Shown one piece after another: positions 25,900-36,747 of a stretch of DNA of 64,000 nt (positions are counted from its first letter, which is position 1; each line of letters begins with the position of its first letter). The stretch is from contig RSEE01000018.1 of the NCBI GenBank assembly GCA_003971905.1, positions 124,001 through 188,000 of the forward strand, read 5' to 3'. The notes under the pieces were generated by a model. That model was not told the origin of the DNA. It searched no databases and worked only from the letters and a program-made list of their open reading frames with translations. Source of the DNA: Moniliella sp. 'wahieum'. Lineage: Eukaryota. Position numbers and translations under genes: made by a program.

Positions 25900-26420
25900 G
25901 GAATGCACCTCCCGTGACGCATAGTCACCACCCGCTGGGGGTAAGTCCGGGCCGACAGATGCCATCGCAGCCACAGGATCCGGCTTGGCGATAGCAGCTG
26001 GCGTGGACCTGGGGGATGCCCCCAGTGACGCATGATCACCACCCGCTGGGGGGTAATCCGGACCAACAGATGCCATCGCAACCGCTGGAACCTGAGCAGC
26101 AACAGCAACTGACCCCTCCTGGAGCGAATGCGCCCCGACGTCGTATGGACTTGATCCGCGGTCGTGAATCAGGGTCGACGGATTCCATCGGAGCCACAAG
26201 GTCATGAACCACGACAGCAGGTGACATGGACTCGGAGGAATGTGCTTCCGACGGTATACAGGCACCATGTTCTGTGAGTAAGTTCGGGCCTACAGACGGC
26301 ATTGCTGCAACAGGGTCATACCCAACAGCAGCTAACTCAGCCCCGGACTTGGGACTAGCGGAATGCATCGTCAGTAAATCAGGACCAACGCGTGGCATCT
26401 TGCCCAGAGGCTCATGGGCG
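25900..26420 (-). repeat. ~100-115 bp degenerate tandem array, about 5 copies (AMASVGPD-like peptide unit)
   Basis: GTGACGCAT..TCACCACCCGCTGGGGGTAA..CCGG..C.ACAGATGCCATCGCA at ~25914 and ~26025. The peptides MASVGPD, MESVDPD, MPSVGPN and MPRVGPD recur on the minus strand. Confidence 0.7.
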
Positions 26421-27190
26421 ACAGCAACTGGCTCACACGCGGGCGAAGCAAGGTGTCCGCTGGCTCGCTGGCACCACGAGCCGGGAAAGGCTCGTCAACG
26501 AGTGGTGCTGCAGCCAGAGGTATACCAGCACGATCACGAGGGCAATCCACATGCTTGGGGCCAGACCGACCACAACTTGGGGCTCTCTGTACAGTTCGCT
26601 GGGTCGAGGAGCATGTCACGCATGGCACGACGCTTCAGAGCGACACGCTTGCGAATTGTTTGGAAGCCTGATCGATCTCGTACAGTTTCCAAGCAAGCCG
26701 CACATCACGGAGACACTGGTCAGTTGCCACGCAAGTCATCAATGCTAGAGAAGCAGTGGTTCCTGGTGTAAAAGGCATAGGCAACATAGAAGTCGGTCGG
26801 TGTGAGCAAGACGTCTTCGCCGCCATGGTCCTTGCTGTAGTTGGCAACGAGATTAGCCACCAAGGAGTCCTTGTCTGCCACTGTCGAACCAGGGAGCGGG
26901 GAGGCGATGCCACTCATCGGCATACCCCAGTGGCGAATGGTAGGAATGACTTCAGGATGAACTGGCAGCGACGTCCTCGTCAACGTCCGAAAGAACGGCG
27001 TTCAGTTTAGCCCAAGCATAAGTCGTGCCTTGATGCGAAAATCCGGCCACTTCGCTGTCGTGCCAGGGGCTATCCCGACTTGGGAGTTGGGGTCAAACTC
27101 GCCACGACGAACATACGCTTCCACAATGTCGCGAGGCGAGTAAACCGGGTGCGCAGAATGCGCAGAGGCAGAGATAAGGGCGACATAACC

Positions 27191-27443
27191 TGCTAGAGTG
27201 CGACTTGGGAGCACTCGCGAGCCTATGGATCAGCTGCGAAGCAGCCTTCAGACAAGGCGTGAAGGCAAAGTGGTGAGCCACAAGTCTTCAAGCAACGTCT
27301 GAAGGGAAGGAGAAGGAGAGAGAGAGGGAGATGGAGCGAGCAGGGCGTGCGCGGCCTGCGAGCGGAACGCTTCCGCTCAGCTAGGCGAGCGTCACCGATC
27401 CATTGAGGGCCGCGCAGGAGAACCCTAGCAGTACCCTCTAACA
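27191..27443 (-). repeat. 5' LTR
   Basis: Homologous to 23485-23735 and followed on the minus strand by the PBS. Confidence 0.9.
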
Positions 27444-28268
27444 GGAGGGGGCTGGTGACCACGGACTATGGTAAGTACTGTTTCCAAGGTTGGTTCAAGC
27501 GCACGGGTGTGGGTGTCGTGGGCGTGAACCCTGAGCACAGTCGTGGTTGTACACCGAGCTGTAGTGTCTGTGGTTCGCCATGATTGCGGTAGCCACAGCA
27601 CCGGCTAAAGTATACTCCACCACATTCTGGTCTGCATCTGCCGAGATAGCCGCTGATCGGGCTCGCTCGTTGTGGGGGCAAGAAAACATCTGCCTCCGAT
27701 CCATGGGTCCGGAACGAAGCGGTATAGGGATGTCGAAGCGATTAATGGGATCATAGTAGAATGTATTGAACTCGTCCATGACTGTCTCCTAGCCAGGATG
27801 ATCGGGCCGTCGCCCAAGACGGCTGCGCACTAAATATAAGGGGGGATGCGTAGGAGGCGCAGCTGTGCTAGGCTTCGCAGGAACTGATGGAGGTGGCCAA
27901 ACCTGGGGAGTCCTTGGCAGAGTAAGATCCATGCCGATAGGTGTATAGGCACCATTATGTCGACCAACTCACAAAAAAAGTAACGGCCATTTCGCAGCCG
28001 TTTCCCGCATTTGCACCCCCAAGAGATTACATGGATCGATCGATGATCGGGTGGTGGTCGCGTCTATCGCATCGGAAGTAGACGGGAGAATTTCCATTAT
28101 CACAGCTCACCTAGCGCGGTTAGTTAGATGACGCGCCTGCCCTGCCAACTCATCTTTGTTGCCCATATACCCTCCTTGTTTCGGATGAGACCCACATGCA
28201 ATCACAGTCGTCGTTCTTGTCGCTGCGTGCACAAGGCTCCAAAAGAAACACGACAGAGGAACCCCCCG

Positions 28269-29115
28269 TCAGGATGAGGAGTGGAAAAAGGAACCAAAAA
28301 GGAAAAACAGGATGATCTCCAGAGCAGCCGCAGCAATTGTTAGCCAACAAGCCCAACGAAAAGAAGAACCGAAAGTGTATCTCGCACGAAAGCACTTACC
28401 AGCGCGCAGAATACCGCCATGGCCATTACCCGCGTGTTCTTCCACCACATTTGCCTCCGCAGACCCACAGCGCGGCGGCGGAAATGTAAGCTTTGGTTGG
28501 CCGCTTGGTCGGTGCGGTCCACAAGCGTGTCCAGTCGTTCCCCGCGCGAAAGAACTTGGTCAATGTTGGCCTGCATAACTTCGCGCGCGCCTCGCAGCTC
28601 TGCGCGAGCGGAGGCGGCGGCATCGGCCGAGGGTTGTTATAAGACTTGAGGATTCCCGATAGCCACGCAGAGAATGATGTGTACTTTTTGGTGCCATCCT
28701 GTCCCGCCGACTTGCCCACCTGCGCCGCTTCGGCAACATCGAACTGCGCTCCAATTTTTTGCATCGCACTCAGCATCGCGAACGGCACCCGGCGGCCCGA
28801 GTCGGCATCGGAGACATTGAGGTAGACCAGGCCGTCTTCGGCAATAAAGTGGAACATCCATGGTTCGTTAGGGATGGCATACGACAGGCGCGACGCGTTT
28901 GGAGGGATGCGCGCCAGAATGGTCCCGGCCGCGGTCTGTTTAGGGTGTTAGTGTTAGCGCACCGTCCGACTAAGCCGTTCCGGGCAGCAGGGGCGGCCAG
29001 CGGGCCAGATGGCAAGGAGGGGGGGGGATTACGCACCAAGAAGCGCGCATGCTCTTCGTCGTGGGATTCGACGAGAACAGGGACCGCTGGCCACGAGCGC
29101 AAGGACGATGGGCAT
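28269..29115 (-). CDS. VAMP7: Longin-domain R-SNARE (VAMP7/Nyv1-like synaptobrevin)
   Basis: Longin MFHFIAEDGLVYLNVSDADSGRRVPFAML, R-SNARE MQANIDQVLSRGERLDTLVDRTDQ...FRRRAVGLRRQMWWKN and a C-terminal TM segment. Putative intron 28399-28317 (GTAAGT, GCTAAC). Confidence 0.85.
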
Positions 29116-29494
29116 GAGGGGCGGTGGCGGTGTGTGGAAGGAGGCAGCTGGCGGGGCGGGCGATCGGCCATGGCGGATGGACCACGAGGCCCGCGGGCAG
29201 ATGGCGCGCATTGCGCTTGCGCCCTGGGGCTGCCTGCAATGTTCAACTGCGCCCGTCCCATCTCCGCTGCGGGGGCTCATCAGCGACCGCCTTTCCCATT
29301 GCAATGTTCAATGTTCACCTTGCCAGGCACCCACTGCACATTGAACGTTCAGAATGGTCACGTGCCGGGTGTTCGCCGCCACGCTCCTCCCAGCGCAGCG
29401 CCTGGCCGGCTGCTGATGCCTGACGAGTTGGCCCGCTCCTGCCTGTCGCCAACTGCCTGCGCGCGGCCCATCGCGCTGTCGCTGTCTGGCCGCC

Positions 29495-32400
29495 ATGTCG
29501 GGCCTGCTCCAGCCCGGCGACGGCACCTTCCTCCCGCGCCTCGTCAGCGTCTTCTTCGCCATCTTCCACCCCCAGCACGGGCCCGTGGTGCTGTACGACG
29601 TGCCCGAGGGCAGCGTCGCCGAGACATCCTCTCCGCCCCCTCCCGCCCGCCTCCCGCGCCTACGCCGGCGCGCCCGCCGCCCGCCGCCCGCCGCACCAAC
29701 CCCCCGCCCATCCGGCGACCTCCGCCATGCCCAGTCCTACTTTGCGCCCGGCGACATTGACCGCGTTTCCAGCCGGCCCGATCCGGCGGCCAGCCTTGTG
29801 TACGGCTCTCCCACCACGCCCCGTCCCCCCTCCGATTCCCAGGGGGACTTGGCATTTTCCCCGCCGCTCCCTACGCCTCGGCAGAACGACCTGGGACCGG
29901 CGCCCGATTCCCTGGCTGGTCTCTCCCCCCATGCTGGTGGACCGCAACCCGAGGCAAGTGTGATCACCATTCGCGCTTCGGCCGGCCAGAGCGCCATGAC
30001 CATTCGGCCCTCTCGCTCCAGCAGCAGCCACAGAAACGGCAGGCGCACCAGCCGCCCTGGCCATCTTGATGTTGGCCCGCATCACACGTCCTTGAGTCCC
30101 GAACCACAAGAAGACGAGGATGACACGCCGGCGCTGATCAAGCCCGCTGTGCGCCTGTTTGACTTTAACCTTGTTTCCCACCTCCTCATCCTCCTCCACT
30201 ATGTGTGGACGCTTGTTTATCTGCTGTGCTCCTGCGCTCCCTCCGCCCGAATCGGCCGTCACAGAGCAAGATGAGGAGAAGGACAAGGATAAGCGCGGAC
30301 GTGGACGGGGCCGGGGTCGTCAATGGAGCCGCTCCCCGTCGCGGGAATCTCTTCTAAGTCGTGACTCGACGCAGTCCTCCTCCGTTACGAGTGGCGCTAC
30401 GGAGTACAAAATTGTATCCCATCCTGTCGCTTTGCAACACGAGAAGTACGAGCGGATGAACTTGGTGTACAATTGTGCTTTGTCTTTGACGCCGGTGCCA
30501 GTACGACCGCGTACGAAGGGGTGGTACGCAAGTGTGCCAGGGCTCTGCGTGACCTCGAGTTGACGGCGGGGTTCTTAAGCCAGCCCCACAATTTGCGGAG
30601 AATGCACAATGTGCGAGCAGTTGTATGAAGACCTCAACTCCTACTGCGAGTCCTTTGTCGCCCTTCCGTCTCAGCCTCACACGAATTTTCTCTTGGACGA
30701 TGGCAGCACCCCTCGCTTGGCAGTGAATGCCGCCCCCGAAGTCGCCGAGCGTGCCATCAATCGTATCCACCCGTCCCCCAAGCGGGACCGAAAGAAGTAC
30801 TCCTCTCCCGACTGGTCCTCCGCCAACGCCAACGAAGACACGTTGGAAGCCAAGGTTCTCCTCTCTCTGGGTGACTCGGAAGAAGGAAAGAAGTTGCAGG
30901 AGGGACTGTTGAGTTTGAACAAGGCCGTTGCCGCAGCCATGGCCGGGGAGGAGCTTGAGACTGACACGCAAGCTCTTCCCCAGATTGACCGAAAAGGCCG
31001 CCCGCTTCCTGTTGCCACCAAGGAGCTCTTGCCCAAACGGCGCGAACCTCCGCATGGGCTTGGAAGAACTGTGCAGGAAGCCATCAATGTGAAGCTCTTC
31101 CCCACTTACCCCAACCCTCCTCCGGCCCAAGACTGGGACGTGCCAGTGGCGCTGCTGAGCCTGACCGAACGCATTACAGGCGATTGGGATTTAACCATGT
31201 CCAAAGTACGAGGCTCTCCTCCCCTGTTTTGGCTGAGTAGGAAGGCGAGAACTGACTTGCATTGGGCTCTCTCTGTAGGTCATTCCCTTTATTGACGGCA
31301 TCCGTCACGTGCGCCGCATTGCCCAGCTTGCCGATACCGACTTGGATCTCACCCGCCAATGTATGGAGCACCTGTTGTTTTACGGCTGCATTGTCATGAA
31401 TGACATTTTCCAACACTCGAACATTTACACCGTCCGTCCTCTTCTCGCCCGCGAGGGAAGCAACGACGAGCTGTTTGCCGAATGTGGCCAGTACGTAACC
31501 CGGCTATCGTATCCGGTTGTGGGGCACGCCAAGCTGCTGGAGCTCTTTGCCGCGTTTACGCCAACCAAGACCGTTGCGCAGTGGTGCGATGAACAAAAGG
31601 TGGACAGCCTTGGCATTGACGCTCGTCGGTTTGTCTCGTTTGGTACGCTCAAGGGATTGCTACGTCGGATGCACCGGATCCCGGTGGTCTCCTCCTCGGA
31701 CTTTCCCTTGGACGTGACGTTTGAGCAGCCGGCCGTGTCTGCGCAGAGCCGGTCTCGTTCCGGTGCGCGCAGCCGCCGAACGGTGTACGATGCCGACATG
31801 GACATGCCCAGTCCTGAGGACTCGCGCCACGTTCCTGCGCCCTTGATCAGTCCGCAAGCGCGGGCCTGGTGGGGATCCATCTCGGGCAATGGTGGTGTGG
31901 CTGCCCCGCACCTTCCGGCCCCCGATCGGGGCCGGACGCGCAGGGGCGTGGCGGGCAAACGTGATCTCCAGCTGATCCGGGAAGAGAGTTGGGCACCGAG
32001 CTCGACCCACAGTCGCGAAGGATCGTACACGACCCAAGACGATTCTCACCACCGTCATCACCATCGCGCCCGTCCGCGCTCGCACCACCGCCGGCCTATG
32101 GCCAACACGGCAACCGACCCTGCTTCGCTCGCGTTCCAATCTGCTGCCCAAGCCCAGGCGCTGTCGGAGAAACCGCCGACGACGACCAGCTCGCCTGGCC
32201 CGGAATTCCCCAGATTCAAGGGACCGGGCAGTACATCCCCGTCTCGCAACGGATCCGAGGGGCGAATCCCAGTTCTGGATCGGGCTCTGGGTGGGCTCCC
32301 GACCCAGTTATCCCTCGACAGCTACGTTTACCCCGGGCATGTTTGCGCCTCAGTCCTCCCCGCAACGCGAGGGGGACAGCATGGACGTGTCGGGCACGCC

Positions 32401-33039
32401 AGGGCGCAAGGCGGGTAAGAGCGCTAGTTCGTTCGGGCTGCAGGTTGGGCTGAACGGGCGGTGGGATGGACGGGTGGCTAGCCTGGCCACGTCGGTGCCT
32501 GCCGGCTCGCGCGGGGCGATGGGCTGGTCGTCCCGTCCCAAGCCGGTTCCCTCTGAACTGCTCACCTTTTTCGACGGCACTCATACCGACGATGCAATTT
32601 GTACGCACTTTGCCGTGCCGTGGGCCGATGTAGAAGGGTGGATTGAGGTGATCAATACCGAGGCGGCCCGCGTGCCGATCCCAAACCCGATCCCAAACCC
32701 GATCCGCCCCCGGACCCGGGCCTTGCGGGCAGCACCGATCCCGACGCGCCCTACATGTCCGCCTTTGTTATCTCCAACGCCACGGGCGGCGGCGAGGCCA
32801 GCGTACCGGCAGCCACGGGCGCAGAGCAGGCCGGAGCATCGTCGTCTCCCCCGGACGTACCGAAGCCGCTTGCAGCAGAACAGCTCGCCCCTCGTACCGC
32901 CCACGCTGCGGCAGGGGAGCTGAGCCGGAACCTGGGCGGGCTCGGTGCCGGCCCGAGGCAAGGCCATCAAGGTACTCATCATGTAACGAGTAGCAATCCA
33001 TTTGTTGTACCGCTGCACCCAACCGCACGCGCTCGATGA
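29495..33039 (+). CDS. NPR2: Nitrogen permease regulator 2 (GATOR1/SEACIT subunit) with long low-complexity insertions
   Basis: VFFAIFHPQHGPVVLYDVPEG; YKIVSHPVALQHEKYERMNLVYN; EQLYEDLNSYCE; INVKLFP...WDLTMSKVIPFIDGIRHVRRIAQLADTDLDLTRQCMEHLLFYGC..DIFQHSNIY; LLTFFDGTHTDDAICTHF. Intron 31206-31278. The 3' end is approximate. Confidence 0.9.
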
Positions 33040-33655
33040 CAATCGTCGAGGTAGGGTAGATCAAAGCCAAGTCGGGCCTCAGGATTGCTCTCGAGGGGGG
33101 GGGGGGGGTCTCCGAACAGAAGGGACGCTGACAGTGCCCGCTAGGTAGTACCCCTCCCATCTACCGAGCAACTGGCAAGACAACGCTCCTGGCAACCCCC
33201 CGGTGGCCCCTTGGGCATTCAGTAGTTCGGAACCAGTACTCAGTCTGAGTTTTCAGTCCTGCCACGTCTCCTTCTCCGGCTGCATTTGGGCTTCATCTGG
33301 CTTGACCGCGGTGGCAGTGTAACTAATGCGCAAGGCGACAAGATGTGGTCATTCTGCGGGCCCGCTACACAACGCTACTAGTTGGATGTGGCGGCAGTGG
33401 GCCCGGCAAAACCCATTCATTAATCATTCCCTGGAGATTTTTTTGGACTGCCAGCCATGGAATCGTAACATGTAACGAGGTCCCAAGAACGTTCCAACGT
33501 TCAACGTCTCCGTTCAACGTTTCGGCGTTCCGTTCGGCACGGCCTGCGATGTGCATGTGACACACGACACGTTCCGTCTGCTACAGTATGCATTCCCACA
33601 CGCGCCGTTCGCTCCTCCCCCTGCGCCTGGACGCGGTACGTGTCTCGCGCCAGTC

Positions 33656-34003
33656 CCAGCGTCCAGCGTCCACGTCCAGCGTCCAGCGTCCAGCGTCCAG
33701 CGTCCAGCGTCCAGCGTCCAGCGTCCAGCGTCCAGCGTCCAGCGTCCAGCGTCCAGCGTCCAGCGTCCAGCGTCCAGCGTCCAGCGTCCAGCGTCCAGCG
33801 TCCAGCGTCCAGCGTCCAGCGTCCAGCGTCCAGCGTCCAGCGTCCAGCGTCCAGCGTCCAGCGCCAGCGTCCAGCGTCCAGAGCGTCCAGCGTCCAGCGT
33901 CCAGCGTCCAGCGTCCAGCGTCCAGCGTCCAGCGTCCAGCGTCCAGCGTCCAGCGTCCAGCGTCCAGCGTCCAGCGTCCAGCGTCCAGCGTCCAGCGTCC
34001 AGC
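33656..34003 (+). repeat. (CCAGCGT)n heptamer array, about 50 copies
   Basis: Directly visible, with three small interruptions. Confidence 0.98.
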
Positions 34004-34191
34004 TGCGAAGCTCGTAAATGTTCGGATGGACTACGTTGCGTTCCACGTTCACGCGTCACGCGTCACGCGTCACGTTTCCCCCCGGGGGGCCGTACCACCA
34101 AACTGCGACACCTAAGCTTGGCTTCCTGTGCGTACTGCGTTGCGTTCCTTCTAGAGTAGCTACCACGCGCCACGCATGGAACGTAGGGTCC

Positions 34192-34287
34192 CCAACGTCC
34201 AACGTCCAACGTCCAACGTCCAACGTCCAACGTCCAACGTCCAACGTCCAACGTCCAACGTCCAACGTCCAACGTCCAACGTCCAAC
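34192..34287 (+). repeat. (CCAACGT)n heptamer array, about 13-14 copies
   Basis: Directly visible and perfect. Confidence 0.98.
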
Positions 34288-35599
34288 CCAGCGTTCGATG
34301 AAACGTGGGATCTCAGGAGAACTGCACCCTGCACCAGCCCAGCCCGCGGATGCAGGATGGCCCAAGCTCCAACCTGCTCTATCCAACACACTACCGGTTG
34401 GGGCCATGCCCCATGCACCATGAGATCTGGCAAGCTGTTTGGTCGCCCGAGGTTCGTTCGCAGAGCCCAAACGAACGGTCATTAACATTGGGAGAGAGCG
34501 AGCGGATCAAGCTCCAAGGATAGTCGATAGCGCCAGGAGAATGCTACTTGGTGGCAGACAGGACGGTGTATACAATCGCACTCAGTACTCAACACTCAAC
34601 GTTGAGTGTTCAACCCCGAAAGCAACGCATCAAACCAACGAACGCGAGGGTACTAGTTACGCTTCGAGACAGGTGCGGGCCGGACAGGAGCCGACGAGGC
34701 AGAGGGCTTGCCGCCGCACCAAAGCAACCAAGGTAGGACCGCACAAGCATCTGAACCGAGTGTCGAACCGCGTCCTTCGGGGCACCTGGGCGCCCATACG
34801 CGCACAATGCATCACGAGTCAAGGGCGCGGCGAGGGACGGGAAAAGGAGGGAGAGGTCCAAGTCGGAGCCGCCGATCGAGGCCAGTGGCAGCCAGTGCAA
34901 AGGAGCGCTGTTGACGTCCACGTGTTCACGGGGGAAGGCAACCGAAACCGGCATGCAGACCCACTGAGCTGGCGACCGACGACGGAGAGAGTGCACCAAG
35001 GTAGAGTGTCTCGTAGTGCTGGCGTCGTAGGATGGGGAAGAGCCCAGGCCTGTGGGAGAGGCAGGGGTGTGCGTACGAGCACGAGACGCTGGACAATGTG
35101 GTGACACACCAAGAGGCAAGAGAAGAGAACAAGGCTAAATCAAATGAGACGAGAATGGGGTCGTGGTAGACAACGGGATGGAGCAACAGGGAGAAGAGGG
35201 GCAAAGAGTATGTGGTGGTTGGGAGGAGGGAGGAGGAGGAGGGAGGAGGGAGGGGGGAGGGGGTTCACTTGTATCCATCCCAAATGCACAACGCATCAAG
35301 GGAAGACCCGGAACGCATATCACACACCGACAGGGGCGCTACGTCGGTTTGCCAAGTTCTGGGCGGGCGAACCGAGCCTGAGGGCCCCATGCCAACCTAC
35401 CTGTCTCATGCCAAAACGGGAGGGAAAGCAGAACAGGATGGAAGTGGAAACAACGAGTGGAACAAGAGCGATGTGGACCAAGAGGAAGCAACGCAGGTAG
35501 GCGTGAGTACAAACGCTGGGCGAGGGGAGGGGAGAGGATGAAAAAGCAAGAGAAAAAAAGGGGGGTATACGCGCAAGTCCAACCCAACTCTGCCCCATT

Positions 35600-36747
35600 T
35601 CAACCGGCGGCTGCCACGCCTGGATCGACGCGTTTTTGTTCATTCCTTCGTCGCGTCACGACAAAGGCGACAATCGCGCCGATGGCCGAATCCATGCGGG
35701 GAGCGACCCAGACGAGCCAGTTGATGTGGTTGAGCGACTTGGGTACCACCTCGGCCAAGATCATGCCCTCGGGCGTGCACAAGGACCAAATCCGGCTCAC
35801 CTTGTGACAGCGCAACACTAGCTCCATCTGGCCCAGCTTGGGACATGGTTTCTCTTGCCTTCTTGCTGCTCTGCCAGTGTCGGCTGCTCCGTCTTGACCA
35901 GGGTGATGGCGGAAACAAACTTGATCACCATCGTCTCTTCTCCCAAGGGATCGGTATCCATCAAGCTCACCGTCAACACAGGCTCGCTCTTGCTTGTCCT
36001 TTTGCGTTGGAACGCGCCGGGGGGTAGAAGAGCCATTGGCGGGTGTACGGGCCGCGGATGACGCAGGATACACTAAACAGGGGCTTGCCCTCGTGGTCAT
36101 ACACATTGCGATAGTGTCGTCAAACAGTTTGCGGCTGACCGACCAGCGGAACTGGATCTTGTCGTCGTTGTCGATGGCGTGGACCGGGGTGGCAAACAAG
36201 CCAACACAATGGATCTTGAACAGCTGCGGCTCGTGGTGCTCCGTGTACTGGGGGAAGAGGCCAATGGGCATGCCGGGCCGGATCACAAGGCCACCAGTGG
36301 TGGGGTGGCCAAAGCTGAGTGGCGGGGGCAGGGGCGGGTCGTCGCCCTTGTGCCAGCGGGCGAGGCGGGACTTGGGGAGACCATATCCCAGTCGCGGCTG
36401 TGGGTCATGTGTTCCTCGTCAATGAGGCGGAGAAAGCCCTTCTCGACCTCGCCGGCGCGGTAGCCACTCTCGTACGTCTCGCCCTTGCGGACGATGGGGC
36501 TGGGCGGCGGCTGGGCCAGGGGGAGGCCATGGGGGAAGCGGCGGGCGAGGTGCTGCTCGCGGGTGAGACCCTCGGGGACGGCGTAGGGGGAGGTGTAGGA
36601 CTCCTTGAGGCTGCTGGGGGGCGGGCAGCGGGCATAGACTTCCCAGAGGTCGTGGGTGTCGTAGGAGGGGGGGGCGTCGGAGGGGGCGTGGGAGGGGTCG
36701 GCAGAGGCGACGGGTTCGAGGGAGACGAGCTCGTCGTCCTTGGCCAT
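35600..36747 (-). CDS. Hypothetical protein with a LURP-one/Tubby-C-like C-terminus
   Basis: Start MAKDDELVSLEPV with a PPSY motif. The C-terminus WSLCTPEGMILAEVVPKSLNHINWLVWVAPRMDSAIGAIVAFVV resembles the LURP-one V-x-P-x-x-D-helix ending. Confidence 0.5.

Larger units (their letters stand above)
23485..27443 (-). mobile_element. Non-autonomous Copia-type LTR retrotransposon (Gag-like 5' region; no recognisable PR/IN/RT/RNaseH)
   Basis: Two ~250 bp direct repeats with TGCTAGAG...CTCTAACA ends. Minus-strand PBS GGTTATGTCGCCC (27190-27178) lies directly after the 5' LTR. PPT GAGGGGGC (23743-23736) lies directly before the 3' LTR. Degenerate zinc knuckle CGRSGPKHVDC near 26550-26580. Confidence 0.8.

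Noticed and set aside
33656..34287. Interstitial telomeric repeat
   Set aside because: The units CCAGCGT and CCAACGT do not resemble TTAGGG-type telomere repeats.
33501..34488. ORFs encoding TLDAGRW / RPASSVQ / TLDVGRW repeat proteins
   Set aside because: A 7-nt unit without stop codons is open in all frames, so these ORFs are a by-product of the satellite.
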